Positions 18,000 through 27,871 of a stretch of DNA of 45,121 bases are shown piece by piece (within the stretch, counting starts at the first letter, position 1; every line of letters begins with the position of its first letter). The DNA is from Candidatus Woesearchaeota archaeon. Its GTDB lineage: Archaea > Nanobdellota > Nanobdellia > Woesearchaeales > SKGA01. A program made the translations under genes and the position numbers. The notes beneath the pieces are model-generated. The model saw nothing but the letters and a program-made list of their open reading frames with translations, was not told the origin of the DNA and did not search any database. The stretch spans positions 1-45,121 of the forward strand of contig SKGA01000030.1 in NCBI GenBank assembly GCA_007117735.1. The letters are read 5' to 3'.

Positions 18000-18266
18000 T
18001 TATTCTCTTGCCTCTAGTTTAATTATGTCACGTAGACACCGACCGCACAGAACTCCTCCAAATGCACGTTCAGGGCGCTTATACGTCTTTGCCATAGTAG
18101 ACATTTTTGACGGTAAGGCTCGTGGAACGCCATGTAATTCAACACCACATCGAGCACAATGTGCTTGCTTAGGTTTTCGTTGAAGGAATCGAGTTACTGT
18201 GCTTCCACCAGGGAGTCGTGTTTTAACTCTCCGGAATGTTCTCGATTTATACATACCTCTTGGCAT
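18000..18266 (-). CDS. rpl34e: 50S ribosomal protein eL34
   Basis: RLPGG, CARCG..LHGVPR, RPERAFGGVLCGRC. Confidence 0.95.
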   Translation of the reverse strand: MPRGMYKSRTFRRVKTRLPGGSTVTRFLQRKPKQAHCARCGVELHGVPRALPSKMSTMAKTYKRPERAFGGVLCGRCLRDIIKLEARE

Positions 18267-18326
18267 TTTTTATTTCCTCGATAATTTTATCGTAAGGTAA
18301 AGAAAGCAAGGTTTATTTATAAAGCT

Positions 18327-19106
18327 TTAGGCTACGTTGAGTAACCGACGAGTAAGGAAAGAAAACAAGAGAGAGAAGAGGAGGTAAGCGCCAAGCCAAC
18401 CCCAAGAACTTAACCAAGGGACATCTTTAAAGAAAAAAACACCATCAAAGATTAAGAGTCGAGGATATTCATTAATTTGAGCTTGTAAGACCTCTGTTTG
18501 ATTTAGAGGAACTACTTTTTGATGAGAAGAAGAAACAATAACAGGAAGTGTAATCGTATCATCTCTTGTTGTTACCCAAGAAAACATGAACTCGCCACTC
18601 TCCATAGCCCGAACAGACCAAGAAGCAGAAGAAATATCTTTTGTCAAAGATTGGTTTTCTAATAAAGAAATACCTTGAGGAAGGGTAAGCGTTACATTTT
18701 CATTAAGATAATCGGAAGAAGAAACTTCTACAGAGAACTCATCACCAACACCAAGTGGAGCAAGAGCAAGAGAAGCACCCAACCATCCAAAGAACAAAAT
18801 AAGAGGTAAAAACGTATACAACGTTGCTTTAAAGGAGAGCTTCATATACTCGCCATTCGTTTTTAACACTTTTTTCTGCATCTGCAAAGCCTTAGCAGGA
18901 TCTTCCTTCTGTAATTTACGAATCTTTTTTTGGAATTTTTTCATCTCAGCTTTTAACCGACGAAGACGAGCTTGATCAGTTGTGTATTTATACACTATAG
19001 TACTAAGAAAAGAAACAAAAACAGAAACAGTAAGTAACGTCCAAAAAGGACCAGTCGCTGTTAAGAGCGGGTCAAGGATTGGACTTAAAACGGAAGAAAA
19101 AATCAT
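18327..19106 (-). CDS. DUF106 / EMC3-TMCO1 (Oxa1 superfamily) membrane insertase with extracellular insertion
   Basis: TM, basic coiled coil (KYTTDQARLRRLK...), KATLYTFLP TM, WLGAYLLFS; conserved position downstream of secY. Confidence 0.85.
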   Translation of the reverse strand: MIFSSVLSPILDPLLTATGPFWTLLTVSVFVSFLSTIVYKYTTDQARLRRLKAEMKKFQKKIRKLQKEDPAKALQMQKKVLKTNGEYMKLSFKATLYTFLPLILFFGWLGASLALAPLGVGDEFSVEVSSSDYLNENVTLTLPQGISLLENQSLTKDISSASWSVRAMESGEFMFSWVTTRDDTITLPVIVSSSHQKVVPLNQTEVLQAQINEYPRLLIFDGVFFFKDVPWLSSWGWLGAYLLFSLLFSFLTRRLLNVA

Positions 19107-19108
19107 TG

Positions 19109-20440
19109 TTAACGACCCATCATTTTACGAAGCATAGGATTCATATCTTCCATATGTTGTTTTGCAACATCTTCGTAGAGTTTGTAAATGATCATTACCG
19201 TAAGGAGTAAACCAGTACCGCCGCCTAACACACCAAGAAGGTCTGCAGTAGATGCGAGTAAACCAATAAAAATACCACCCATAATAGTTAACGGGAAAAT
19301 ATATCTTTTTAATAATCGCTCAAGAACACGAGCATCTTTTCTAAAACCAGGAATTTGTAAACCTGAAGACATCATTTGTTTTGCTTGACTTTTAGGATCA
19401 AGACCTGATGTCTGCATCCAGAACCAGCTGAACAGGATAGATGCAAGTACAAAAAAGAGGATATAGGTAAAAGACTGAATAAGTAAGACTGCAGTAACAT
19501 TACCTTGCACCACTCGAGTTAAAAGATCAGTATTAGTTAAGTAAGGAATAACATTTGTCACCCAACCAGTACCGCCACTAAAGGAGCTAAACAACTGTAA
19601 GTTGGCAACAAGAGCACTTACTAAAATAACAGGAATAACATTTGTATAGACAAAGTTTAACGGCCAACGAATCCCATGACCTCGAACACGACCAAAACTT
19701 AAAGGAATTTCAACTTTCATCGCCTGAGCAAAGACAACTACACCGAAAACAACTAACGTTGCAAGCACTACTGCGATTGCAAGAGCTGCAGTTACTGTAT
19801 CGTTTGCTGCGAGAGCCTGGAAGAATTGAGGAATACGACCAACCATATATTCAGAACCTGCAGGAGTAAGAGGACTAAAAGCCTGAACAAAGACTTCTTG
19901 ACTCACACCAGCAGCAATGAACAAGGAAACACCGGAACCAAAACCCCATTTGTTAATAACCCCGTCAAGAAGGAGGATGACAAAACCACCAATCGCTAAT
20001 TGAAGGATGAGAATAAAGGAAGAAATTCCTGCCTCAGGGCTTAAACCACCCATTGCAACATAAATAATCGCTTGAATAATAATAAAAAAGATTGTTAATA
20101 ATTTTTGTAAACCTTGGAATTTACTTCTCCCTTCAGGAGATTGTGTATTAATATTAAGAATACCGGAACCAACCAGTAACTGGAGAACAATACTTGCTGT
20201 TACAATAGGACCGATACCTAACGTAATAATAGAACCGAAGCTCGCACCGAGAACAACGGAAAGGAATTCAAATTGAGAAAGAGCGTTAGCACCTAAACCA
20301 TAAACAGGAATTGCTCCAAGAATGAAAAAGAGAAGAAGGATAATACCTGTCCATTTGAGTTTTTGTTTGAAAGGTAAGTTCTTTTGTGTAGGACCCTTGA
20401 TATCAGGAACGTACCGTAATAACGTATTCATAAATGTCAT
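19109..20440 (-). CDS. secY: Preprotein translocase SecY
   Basis: LGIGPIVTASIVLQLL, KWGFGSGVSLFI, QIPGFR, GGGTGLLLTV. Confidence 0.97.
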   Translation of the reverse strand: MTFMNTLLRYVPDIKGPTQKNLPFKQKLKWTGIILLLFFILGAIPVYGLGANALSQFEFLSVVLGASFGSIITLGIGPIVTASIVLQLLVGSGILNINTQSPEGRSKFQGLQKLLTIFFIIIQAIIYVAMGGLSPEAGISSFILILQLAIGGFVILLLDGVINKWGFGSGVSLFIAAGVSQEVFVQAFSPLTPAGSEYMVGRIPQFFQALAANDTVTAALAIAVVLATLVVFGVVVFAQAMKVEIPLSFGRVRGHGIRWPLNFVYTNVIPVILVSALVANLQLFSSFSGGTGWVTNVIPYLTNTDLLTRVVQGNVTAVLLIQSFTYILFFVLASILFSWFWMQTSGLDPKSQAKQMMSSGLQIPGFRKDARVLERLLKRYIFPLTIMGGIFIGLLASTADLLGVLGGGTGLLLTVMIIYKLYEDVAKQHMEDMNPMLRKMMGR

Positions 20441-20508
20441 TTATTTATTCACCAAATCGTAATCGTGTAAAAAAAAAGAAAAGAGGGGTTTAAATACCTT
20501 ACGAGTAT

Positions 20509-20961
20509 TTATTCCTCAGATTGTCCAAGAAGAACAGAACCGTTCGCTTCTTCAACCTTTCGTCGAGCACCATCAGAAGCCGCATTCACAACAATTTCGT
20601 ATGCGTGAACAGGTTTTCCAGTGCCTAATAACTTATCAACACCAAGTGCAGATAAATTAACTTTGAAAAGGTCTTTTTCTTGAACAGCATGCCCTGATTG
20701 AACTAAACGGGTAATAGCCACATTTAATTGCTCAAGAGACATGGTATGAACGCTACGAGGAGTAGGGTTTGTAAAGCCATGTTTACCAGAAAACTTCTTA
20801 ATTTTCCAATAACTTGGCTTTTTCGCGTCACCACGCTTACCACTACCTGCATTACCTCGGCCTCCACGGTGACCAGCACCACGGTGCTTTTTCTTTTCAC
20901 CCCAACCATGAGTCCATGAACCTCGGTGTCGACTATTTTTTTTTCTATGATTAACTGTCAT
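20509..20961 (-). CDS. rpl15: 50S ribosomal protein uL15
   Basis: RGSWTHGWG, GGRGNAGSGK, KLLGTG. Confidence 0.95.
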   Translation of the reverse strand: MTVNHRKKNSRHRGSWTHGWGEKKKHRGAGHRGGRGNAGSGKRGDAKKPSYWKIKKFSGKHGFTNPTPRSVHTMSLEQLNVAITRLVQSGHAVQEKDLFKVNLSALGVDKLLGTGKPVHAYEIVVNAASDGARRKVEEANGSVLLGQSEE

Positions 20962-20970
20962 TATCTTCAC

Positions 20971-21327
20971 CTACATCATTTTCTCAAGGAGAATACTCAT
21001 TTGATCTCCTCGGTCGCCTAGAGCGCCACCAACAGTAAACGGCTTTTTAATACCTTTTCGTTCAAAACCTCCAACAGGAGGAGCGAGGAAAAAGACACCT
21101 TTTTCTGTGGGTTTACGAGCTTTTTCTAGTTTAGCAATCGTTTCGTCAGAAACAACGCCGAATGTCGCGTAATCTTGAATTTTCTTCAAAATACCTTGCA
21201 TTGAAGGAGAATCTTCAACAATAACACACGCGTGTTTTTTCCGTAAACGAATACTTTCTAATGCTTTTTTAATATCGTGATTTACACCAACTAAACCTCG
21301 AATAAGTACAACTGCGATTTTAGTCAT
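20971..21327 (-). CDS. rpl30: 50S ribosomal protein uL30
   Basis: IAVVLIRG, LAPPVGGFERKGIK; operon position. Confidence 0.93.
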   Translation of the reverse strand: MTKIAVVLIRGLVGVNHDIKKALESIRLRKKHACVIVEDSPSMQGILKKIQDYATFGVVSDETIAKLEKARKPTEKGVFFLAPPVGGFERKGIKKPFTVGGALGDRGDQMSILLEKMM

Positions 21328-22054
21328 CTGACTTCACCTCTTGTTTAATACTTCCTTCAGCAATAGCTAATTTTTCTCGGTGAGTATCTTGAACACTTAC
21401 TTGAGATAGTTTTCGTAAAGCTTGCATTGTTGCTTTCAGAACATTGATTTTGTTCTTTTTCTGACCAAAACTCTTAGACCAAACATTCTTGATACCAGCA
21501 AGTTCAAGGATTTTTGCAACTTCTTTATCGCAAATTAAACCTTTACCTTTAGGAGCAGGCATGAGTTTGATCCGGTAACTACCGCACTTTCCTTCAACAG
21601 TAAAAGGAATACTGTGAGGTTCAGTACTTCGGTCTTCCCAAGAACCAGCACCACGTCGAACAAGAACCATATTTAGTTTTGCTTGAGCGAAAGCTTTTTC
21701 TCGTGCAGGAACAGTTTCTTTACTTTTCCCATAACCGACACCGACATGACCATTTCTGTCACCAACAACAGCCATTGTAGCGAATTTAGGTTTGTTACCT
21801 TCTCGAGTTTTTTTCTGAGTTTGACGGAATACTCTTCGTTGACCACCACCAAACTTCCCTTTTGCTTGACCAATAAGAAGAAGTTCTTGCTCTGTTTTTA
21901 AGAGCGTGTCAACAATTTCTGGTTCGAGAATTCGAATACCAGAACCAAGGATTTCATCGATAGATTTGATTTCACCAGCCTTTACTTTTCGACCAATTTC
22001 AGTCTTAGGAGTCCAGGAATCAAAATCGTTTGTAGTTGTATCGTTTTTTTGCAT
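21320..22054 (-). CDS. rps5: 30S ribosomal protein uS5
   Basis: WTPKTEIGRKV, VGDRNGHVGVGYGK, PAPKGKGL. Confidence 0.96.
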   Translation of the reverse strand: MQKNDTTTNDFDSWTPKTEIGRKVKAGEIKSIDEILGSGIRILEPEIVDTLLKTEQELLLIGQAKGKFGGGQRRVFRQTQKKTREGNKPKFATMAVVGDRNGHVGVGYGKSKETVPAREKAFAQAKLNMVLVRRGAGSWEDRSTEPHSIPFTVEGKCGSYRIKLMPAPKGKGLICDKEVAKILELAGIKNVWSKSFGQKKNKINVLKATMQALRKLSQVSVQDTHREKLAIAEGSIKQEVKSDD

Positions 22055-22064
22055 TGAACGTCAC

Positions 22065-22619
22065 CTAGTTTTGAATTTTTTCCTTCACTGCTTGCACTGC
22101 TTTTGGAATATCTGCAGGATTAAGACCTGCTTTTTTGTAAGCAGAAGCTGATGAAGCAAGATCGCTATATTGAGCGATGTGTTGACCTGTAAGACGTTCT
22201 TCGCTAGGAAAGACATGATCTGAAGAAGGGATTGATACACCTGCATCAATAACTCCTTTTAATGCCGAATACAATTTGGAACCTTTCAAAGGCGTTTGAA
22301 GGCCTAAATCAAGGATTGCTTGTGTATGACCGGCATCGATCATTTGTTTACCAGCTGCTAAACCCGCAAGATAAGCTGCAGGTAAAGATTTTTTAGAATA
22401 TTTCCAACCGAAAGATTCTAACTGATTTGAATTGAACGTCATAAGAACCTTATCGCCATCAGGAACGTATTGAACGAATTGGATGGTGATAGAGGTATTA
22501 CTTCTTCGAATAACAAGACGGTTTTGACCACTCTTTAAGAGCTCTAAACGTTTTTTGTAATTCGTTTTACCTTCTCGTTTTCTTCGATACTGAACTGTAT
22601 AAATTGCATTTCGTGCCAT
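22065..22619 (-). CDS. rpl18: 50S ribosomal protein uL18
   Basis: RRKREGKTNYKKRL, PAAYLAG, ILDLGL; start reset to MARN at 22619. Confidence 0.95.
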   Translation of the reverse strand: MARNAIYTVQYRRKREGKTNYKKRLELLKSGQNRLVIRRSNTSITIQFVQYVPDGDKVLMTFNSNQLESFGWKYSKKSLPAAYLAGLAAGKQMIDAGHTQAILDLGLQTPLKGSKLYSALKGVIDAGVSIPSSDHVFPSEERLTGQHIAQYSDLASSASAYKKAGLNPADIPKAVQAVKEKIQN

Positions 22620-22620
22620 T

Positions 22621-23076
22621 TCAATCCCTCTTTTGCACCATATTGTTTTCTTCAATGTAAATCTTAATGTGTCGCTTATTACGGAAGAATCCACCTTTGG
22701 ACTTTCGGTATAAGTTTTTGAAACTTTCTTGATTTACAATTCCTTTTGCACGTAATTCTTGAAGGAAAGAACGTTGAACACGAACTTTAGCCATCCAAGC
22801 AGTTTTTCTAGGAACAAGTGCAGTTTTTTTACCTTTACGCTTACCAGGACCTCTCTGAAGACCTTTTCTTCGTTGATTAGCTCGTTCTTTTGCACGAACT
22901 CGAGAGATACCTTTTTCTTGAGCACGGATAATAAGACCTTCAGCAACTAAAGATCGAATATCTGCTTTTGTAATCGCTTCTTTAATATCAGCAACTCTAT
23001 CCGGAACAAAATGAACTCGTTTTGGAGAACATTTTAAGATATCAGCTGCTAATCTTTTTTGAACGGAGAGGTTCAT
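22621..23076 (-). CDS. rpl19e: 50S ribosomal protein eL19
   Basis: QKRLAADILKC, GPGKRKG, LYRKSKGGFF. Confidence 0.96.
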   Translation of the reverse strand: MNLSVQKRLAADILKCSPKRVHFVPDRVADIKEAITKADIRSLVAEGLIIRAQEKGISRVRAKERANQRRKGLQRGPGKRKGKKTALVPRKTAWMAKVRVQRSFLQELRAKGIVNQESFKNLYRKSKGGFFRNKRHIKIYIEENNMVQKRD

Positions 23077-23666
23077 TGTGATTCACCTTTTTTAGTCAGA
23101 AGCTTATCTTGTTCTTTTTTCTCTTGAACTTTTTTCTCTTCAGGAGATTGAGCATCTTGAGCTTTTTTCTCTTCAGCATCAGAGGATTCTTCTGCTTTTT
23201 TCAGCTCTTTTTCTTGCTCTTTTTTACGCTGAACAATTTCTTTTTTGTGACTCTTTTTCTGAGCTTGTGCTTCTTGTAATCGTTTTTCAAATTGTTTTGG
23301 ATCAATATTTAACACGGTGAATCCTTTTGACTGAGCAACTTGTAATAAGTTAGCTCGAGATCGATTACCAACTGTTCGTGCAATAATAATACCGTCAGTT
23401 TTTGGATCAAGTGCATCAAATTGAGAAACTGTTGAAACGATTTGTTGAACTAAACCATTTCTTGATAAACCTTTTACCGCCTTTGGAGAACCATAACCAG
23501 TTGCAATGCCCCGAGCATACCCTTTACGGTGAAGCCGTTGTTTATTTTGTAAACCTTTTGGTCTTCGCCAGTTTGCTGAAACTCGCTTCTTTTTATGGGA
23601 ATCGTGACGTCTAAAGGATGGTTTCTTTGCCTTTGCTTTATTTCGTTGTGAGAGAAGATCTTTCAT
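23073..23666 (-). CDS. rpl32e: 50S ribosomal protein eL32 with charged C-terminal extension
   Basis: KPSFRR, WRRPKG, GYGSP; GAGGT SD before ATG 23666. Confidence 0.93.
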   Translation of the reverse strand: MKDLLSQRNKAKAKKPSFRRHDSHKKKRVSANWRRPKGLQNKQRLHRKGYARGIATGYGSPKAVKGLSRNGLVQQIVSTVSQFDALDPKTDGIIIARTVGNRSRANLLQVAQSKGFTVLNIDPKQFEKRLQEAQAQKKSHKKEIVQRKKEQEKELKKAEESSDAEEKKAQDAQSPEEKKVQEKKEQDKLLTKKGESQ

Positions 23667-23677
23667 TTTTCTTAACC

Positions 23678-24226
23678 TCATTGAATAGCTTTACCATCTT
23701 TATTGGTAATATAGATACCATCCTGGAAAATTCGCCGATCAAAACCGTTACGTCGAGTCAACTTCTCAATTGAAGCTGCTGTTTGCGCAACACGTTCTTT
23801 ATCGATACCAGTAACTGTAATAGTATCTCCATTGACTTTAACATCTGCACCTTCTTTTAACTCAAGAACCCGAGGAACTGCTTCTCCAATAAAGTTTTTT
23901 ACTTCAAAGGATGAGCCTTTAACGCTCACATTCATAGGGAAGTGACCTGAGCAAATTTTTAAGGTGTATTCGTGACCTTCTGTAACTCCTTTACACATGT
24001 TTTTCACATGAGCTACATACGTATTCATCACTTTCTTTTCATTACGAGTAAACTTTTTTGCTAAAAATTCAACTTCGTTATCTTTTGAATGAACAGTAAT
24101 TTTTGGATGTAAAAAGTTTCGGGAAACAGAACCTTTTGAACCTGTTACTGTTAATACACCATCAGATACAGCTGCAGAAACACCTTCTGGTAAAGTGACT
24201 GACTGTGAAATATTTTCTTGAATCAT
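23678..24226 (-). CDS. rpl6: 50S ribosomal protein uL6
   Basis: HFPMNV, NFIGE, DRRIFQDGIYI. Confidence 0.96.
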   Translation of the reverse strand: MIQENISQSVTLPEGVSAAVSDGVLTVTGSKGSVSRNFLHPKITVHSKDNEVEFLAKKFTRNEKKVMNTYVAHVKNMCKGVTEGHEYTLKICSGHFPMNVSVKGSSFEVKNFIGEAVPRVLELKEGADVKVNGDTITVTGIDKERVAQTAASIEKLTRRNGFDRRIFQDGIYITNKDGKAIQ

Positions 24227-24238
24227 TGTGTATAACCT

Positions 24239-24631
24239 CTAATAACAGTAACTAATGAGTCGACCACCAACATTCTCTTCTTTCGCCTGAACTTGGGAAA
24301 GTAAGCCTTTGTTTGTTGAAATAAATAACAAACCAAAGCCAAGAGCTGGGAGATATCGTTTCTCATATTGTTCAAAGTTATCAACACCAACTGCAAATCG
24401 TGGTTTAATAACTCCGCATTTGTTGAGCTTTCCGTTAAATGTAATTGTTAAATAATTACCTTTACTATCTTCATGTTCTACCCACTCAGCCAAGTAACCC
24501 TCATTTTTCATTAAAGTTAAAACTTCTTTGATAAGGTTTGAGCTGATACTTGTAGTAACTGAAGACTTACCTACCTTAATTGCATTGTCCATTTGAGAAA
24601 GGACCATTGCTAGATTATCATTATTTGCCAT
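24239..24631 (-). CDS. rps8: 30S ribosomal protein uS8
   Basis: NKCGVIKPRF, EKRYLPA, GGRLISYCY. Confidence 0.96.
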   Translation of the reverse strand: MANNDNLAMVLSQMDNAIKVGKSSVTTSISSNLIKEVLTLMKNEGYLAEWVEHEDSKGNYLTITFNGKLNKCGVIKPRFAVGVDNFEQYEKRYLPALGFGLLFISTNKGLLSQVQAKEENVGGRLISYCY

Positions 24632-24640
24632 CGTTCATCC

Positions 24641-24871
24641 CTAATTATATTTTTTAAAGCCTAAACTTAAGGCGTTATCTCTAAAGCAATGTCGGCAAAT
24701 TTTTAATCCGTACTTTGAAATGTGACCGCCTGTACGTCCACAAACATCACATTTTTTCGTGGATTCACCGAATTTTCTGTCTCGAGGAGTGTTGTGCTTA
24801 AGGTATTTAGCATACTTACCTGGTTTATGACCAATTTGTTTGAGTACTTTTGTATGATCTGAAGTTGTCAT
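24641..24871 (-). CDS. rps14: 30S ribosomal protein uS14 (Zn-binding, N-terminally extended)
   Basis: CDVCGR...KYGLKICRHCFR...GFKKY. Confidence 0.95.
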   Translation of the reverse strand: MTTSDHTKVLKQIGHKPGKYAKYLKHNTPRDRKFGESTKKCDVCGRTGGHISKYGLKICRHCFRDNALSLGFKKYN

Positions 24872-24874
24872 TTT

Positions 24875-25384
24875 CTATTCCTCCAAAGCAACGCCAAACC
24901 GTTCGGTCATAAAGTCAATTGCTTCTTTTTTATCTATCATATGCGATTTACCAACAGATGCTTTGTGTAATTTTCTTTTTTTCACACGAAAGCCTGGTCG
25001 CGCTAATGTTAAGGAAACTTGTAAACCTAAGATACCAATTTCAGTATCGTATTTTACTTCAGGAATATCTACATATTCATGAATCCCGAAGGAAATATTT
25101 CCGTGATTGTCAAACCAAGATTGTTTAATCTTTTTCTCTTTTGCCGCTAAAAGTCGCTCTGTTAACTTGTACACTTGATCTCCTCGAAGCGTGATTTTTG
25201 CTCCAATAGGAAGACCTGGTCGTAAGCCCCATGCAGCCAAACGTTTTTTGGTAGTTGTTTGAACTGGAGGAACACCAGTGATGTGTTCAAGAAGTTTTAT
25301 AGCTTTTTTTAGTACACGGTCGTCTCGACCAGCACCAATATTTAGCGTCAATTTCTCGATTTTAATTTCTTTCATTACGTTCAT
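24875..25384 (-). CDS. rpl5: 50S ribosomal protein uL5
   Basis: IEKLTLNIGAG, PIGAKITLRG, GNISFGI, RPGFRV. Confidence 0.96.
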   Translation of the reverse strand: MNVMKEIKIEKLTLNIGAGRDDRVLKKAIKLLEHITGVPPVQTTTKKRLAAWGLRPGLPIGAKITLRGDQVYKLTERLLAAKEKKIKQSWFDNHGNISFGIHEYVDIPEVKYDTEIGILGLQVSLTLARPGFRVKKRKLHKASVGKSHMIDKKEAIDFMTERFGVALEE

Positions 25385-25401
25385 TTTCAAAACCTGTACA
25401 A

Positions 25402-26094
25402 TTATTCTACTGTAATAATTGGCTTGTTTTTTCCAATAACTACTGCGTAAGATCTTTTAGTCTTAAAAGAATCTTCGCCAACCTTTACGGTAACGTGAGT
25501 GTTGTCAATATCTTGAAGTTGAGCAACAGCACCTACGTGTCGACCACCAATTAAGAAAACTGGAGCGTCTTTTGTAAAAGGAAAATGATCTGCGATTTTC
25601 TGACCTGGAAGTTCAAGAAGTAAAGAATCACCAATAGCATAAGCTTTTGCTTCATCAACTAATATGTTTCTTCCATCAGATAAGTTAAGCTGAACTTTAC
25701 CTTTCTTTAAAGAAGTTTTTCCAACAATTTTGGAAATTTTCGTTTTCGCTTCTTTTTCAGAAATAGCAACAGGAGCTAACTTGTTTTTTGAAGTAACTGT
25801 TAATCGGTAAAAAGACTTTGCTTTAGGAAGACTTACAACATCAAAAAGACCAACCGGTCTTTTATTATCGTGGCAAACATCTCCATCGATAAGACAGTCT
25901 TTGTTATGAAGAACATACTTTACTTCTTTTTGTGTGTGAACTACGCCAATAAGATCTCGTAAGAAAACACTGATAGGAATTTGATGTTCCAATTTATGCG
26001 GACCAGGGAATGGTCGAGCAATAAAAGTCAATGTTTTTTTAGGAATAGGCCAAGTTTTAGGACTTGCAAGACGTTTTAAATGTAATTTTACCAT
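25402..26094 (-). CDS. rps4e: 30S ribosomal protein eS4
   Basis: HLKRLASPKTWPI, PGPH, DGRNI, GGRHVG. Confidence 0.95.
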   Translation of the reverse strand: MVKLHLKRLASPKTWPIPKKTLTFIARPFPGPHKLEHQIPISVFLRDLIGVVHTQKEVKYVLHNKDCLIDGDVCHDNKRPVGLFDVVSLPKAKSFYRLTVTSKNKLAPVAISEKEAKTKISKIVGKTSLKKGKVQLNLSDGRNILVDEAKAYAIGDSLLLELPGQKIADHFPFTKDAPVFLIGGRHVGAVAQLQDIDNTHVTVKVGEDSFKTKRSYAVVIGKNKPIITVE

Positions 26095-26095
26095 T

Positions 26096-26470
26096 TTATT
26101 TATTCACCTTTTTCATTCGACGTTTATCATCTTTTAATGAAACAATAAGTACATTTGAAGCGTGAATTGGGTAGGAAACTTTTCCACCGTCTTTTTTAGC
26201 TAACTCAGCTCCGGAAACATATACTTTTTCTCGAGCAACATCTACTCGGGAAACTTCGCCTTCAAGAGATTTGAACTGACCACGTTGGATTTTAACCCGG
26301 TCACCAGATCGAACACGAAGTGTTTTCACATTATGTTTTTGTTGTAAATCTTTACTTAATGGAGCATTAAGGAAAGATCCTTTTCTATGAAGAGGAGCAT
26401 TAAACCGATACTTTCGTTGTTTTCGCGGCTGAATGCTTTTTAACCAATGAAGAGAAAAAATAGATTTCAT
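26096..26470 (-). CDS. rpl24: 50S ribosomal protein uL24
   Basis: QPRKQRK..NAPLH, GDRVKIQRG, PIHASNV. Confidence 0.95.
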   Translation of the reverse strand: MKSIFSLHWLKSIQPRKQRKYRFNAPLHRKGSFLNAPLSKDLQQKHNVKTLRVRSGDRVKIQRGQFKSLEGEVSRVDVAREKVYVSGAELAKKDGGKVSYPIHASNVLIVSLKDDKRRMKKVNK

Positions 26471-26471
26471 T

Positions 26472-26873
26472 TTATACCACCATATTTGCTACTTTGATAA
26501 CCGCAGGCCATCGAGTCGCAACTTCTTTTGCTACAGGACCTTTAAAGATAGTACCTTTTGGATTTCCTTTTTCATCTTTTAAAACAACAGCAGCGTTATC
26601 TTCAAAGGAAACTCGAGTACCGTCAGGTCGTCGATATTCTTTTCTTTGTCGAACAATAACAGCATATACTACTTTTTTTCGCATATCAGGACGTCCTTTT
26701 TTAACAGCTGCAACAACCATGTCACCAACACCTGCACCAGGAATTCGTCCTTTAACTGTTTTTTTTCGTTTGACACCAGTGATCTTGATAAGTTTAGCAC
26801 CTGAATTATCGCAAGTGGAAATAACAGAACCAACTTGAAGACCATCAGATACTTTACCTTTAATTGCTTTCAT
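26472..26873 (-). CDS. rpl14: 50S ribosomal protein uL14
   Basis: CDNSGAK, RQRKEYRRPDG, FEDNAAV. Confidence 0.97.
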   Translation of the reverse strand: MKAIKGKVSDGLQVGSVISTCDNSGAKLIKITGVKRKKTVKGRIPGAGVGDMVVAAVKKGRPDMRKKVVYAVIVRQRKEYRRPDGTRVSFEDNAAVVLKDEKGNPKGTIFKGPVAKEVATRWPAVIKVANMVV

Positions 26874-27138
26874 TTTCTTGCTCCTTATTTACCACTTCAA
26901 TTACAATGAAGTTTTTAGTCTTAGAAAGAGGTCTTGTTTCTTGAATTTTGACAATATCTCCTTCCTTTGCATCAATTGATTCAGGATTATGAGCGCTTAC
27001 TTTACTTCTCCGTTTCGCATAACGCTGAAACTTTGGAATAAGAACTCTTCGTTCCCACTGAACGACAACCGTCTTATTCATTTTTGCACTCACAACCTTA
27101 CCTGTGAATGTTTTACCACGAATACTTATATTTTCCAT
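26860..27138 (-). CDS. rps17: 30S ribosomal protein uS17 (short form)
   Basis: GKVVSAKMNKTVVV, AHNP, ETRPLSKTKNF. Confidence 0.95.
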   Translation of the reverse strand: MENISIRGKTFTGKVVSAKMNKTVVVQWERRVLIPKFQRYAKRRSKVSAHNPESIDAKEGDIVKIQETRPLSKTKNFIVIEVVNKEQENESN

Positions 27139-27383
27139 CGTTTTGAACTCCTTATTTTTAATCTATCTTCGAGACGTTTTGTAATCTCGTTTCCTGGAAT
27201 GAATGTGTTTTCTATGAAAAAATCAGATCCTTTTTTCAGGATGATTTTCTCTTCTCCCGAATCCGTTTGAATTCGAAAGGATTGTTTCGTTTCATCGACA
27301 ATAACGCCTGACAATCCAACAAGTGAGTTGTTCGTCGAAGCGTGAACGTTGAGAGGTTTGCCAATGAACGGTTTATTTACCAT
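27126..27383 (-). CDS. rnp1: RNase P protein Rpp29 (component 1)
   Basis: IGKPLNV...GLSGVIVDETK; conserved position between SUI1 and uS17. Confidence 0.85.
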   Translation of the reverse strand: MVNKPFIGKPLNVHASTNNSLVGLSGVIVDETKQSFRIQTDSGEEKIILKKGSDFFIENTFIPGNEITKRLEDRLKIRSSKRWKI

Positions 27384-27690
27384 GTTTTAGCTCTATGGTT
27401 TCAGGTGCGAAACCAAAATCAACTAAAGCATCTTTAATTGAATTGAGGTGGTTTCCTTGCAATTCAACCATATCTTTTTTTGAAGTTCCACCACAAGCGA
27501 ACTTGTTTTTTAACTTCTTTGCGATATCTTTGATATCAATTTCTGAAGTGTTAAATCCTTCAATTAACGTATATTGTTTTCCAAACTTTTTTCGGATAAT
27601 GGAAACCGAAATTTTTTGATTTTCCTTTGCAATATTGTCCCAAGCGGAAAGTTCTTTTGGAAGACCTGTTATTGGATCGAATTCAACCAT
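27373..27690 (-). CDS. Translation initiation factor aIF1/SUI1
   Basis: GLPKEL, LKNKFACGGT, ELQGNH. Confidence 0.93.
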   Translation of the reverse strand: MVEFDPITGLPKELSAWDNIAKENQKISVSIIRKKFGKQYTLIEGFNTSEIDIKDIAKKLKNKFACGGTSKKDMVELQGNHLNSIKDALVDFGFAPETIELKHGK

Positions 27691-27691
27691 T

Positions 27692-27871
27692 TTACTCCTT
27701 TAGGGAAAGCAATCGTGCGATTGTCTTCTTTAATTGTTTCACTTGACCAGGGCTTTTAGGTGCAGTACCTGTAGCTGCTTGGCCATTTAATTTAAGTAAA
27801 TCTCTTTTTGCTTCTAAGAGTTTTTTCTCTCGATCAGCAGGAGATAATTCTTTTAATTTGTCAAACTTCAT
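27692..27871 (-). CDS. rpl29: 50S ribosomal protein uL29 (59 aa)
   Basis: Not in the ORF track. MKFDKLKELSPADREKKLLEAKRDLLKLNGQAATGTAPKSPGQVKQLKKTIARLLSLKE; ATGA overlap with the uS3 stop. Confidence 0.93.
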   Translation of the reverse strand: MKFDKLKELSPADREKKLLEAKRDLLKLNGQAATGTAPKSPGQVKQLKKTIARLLSLKE

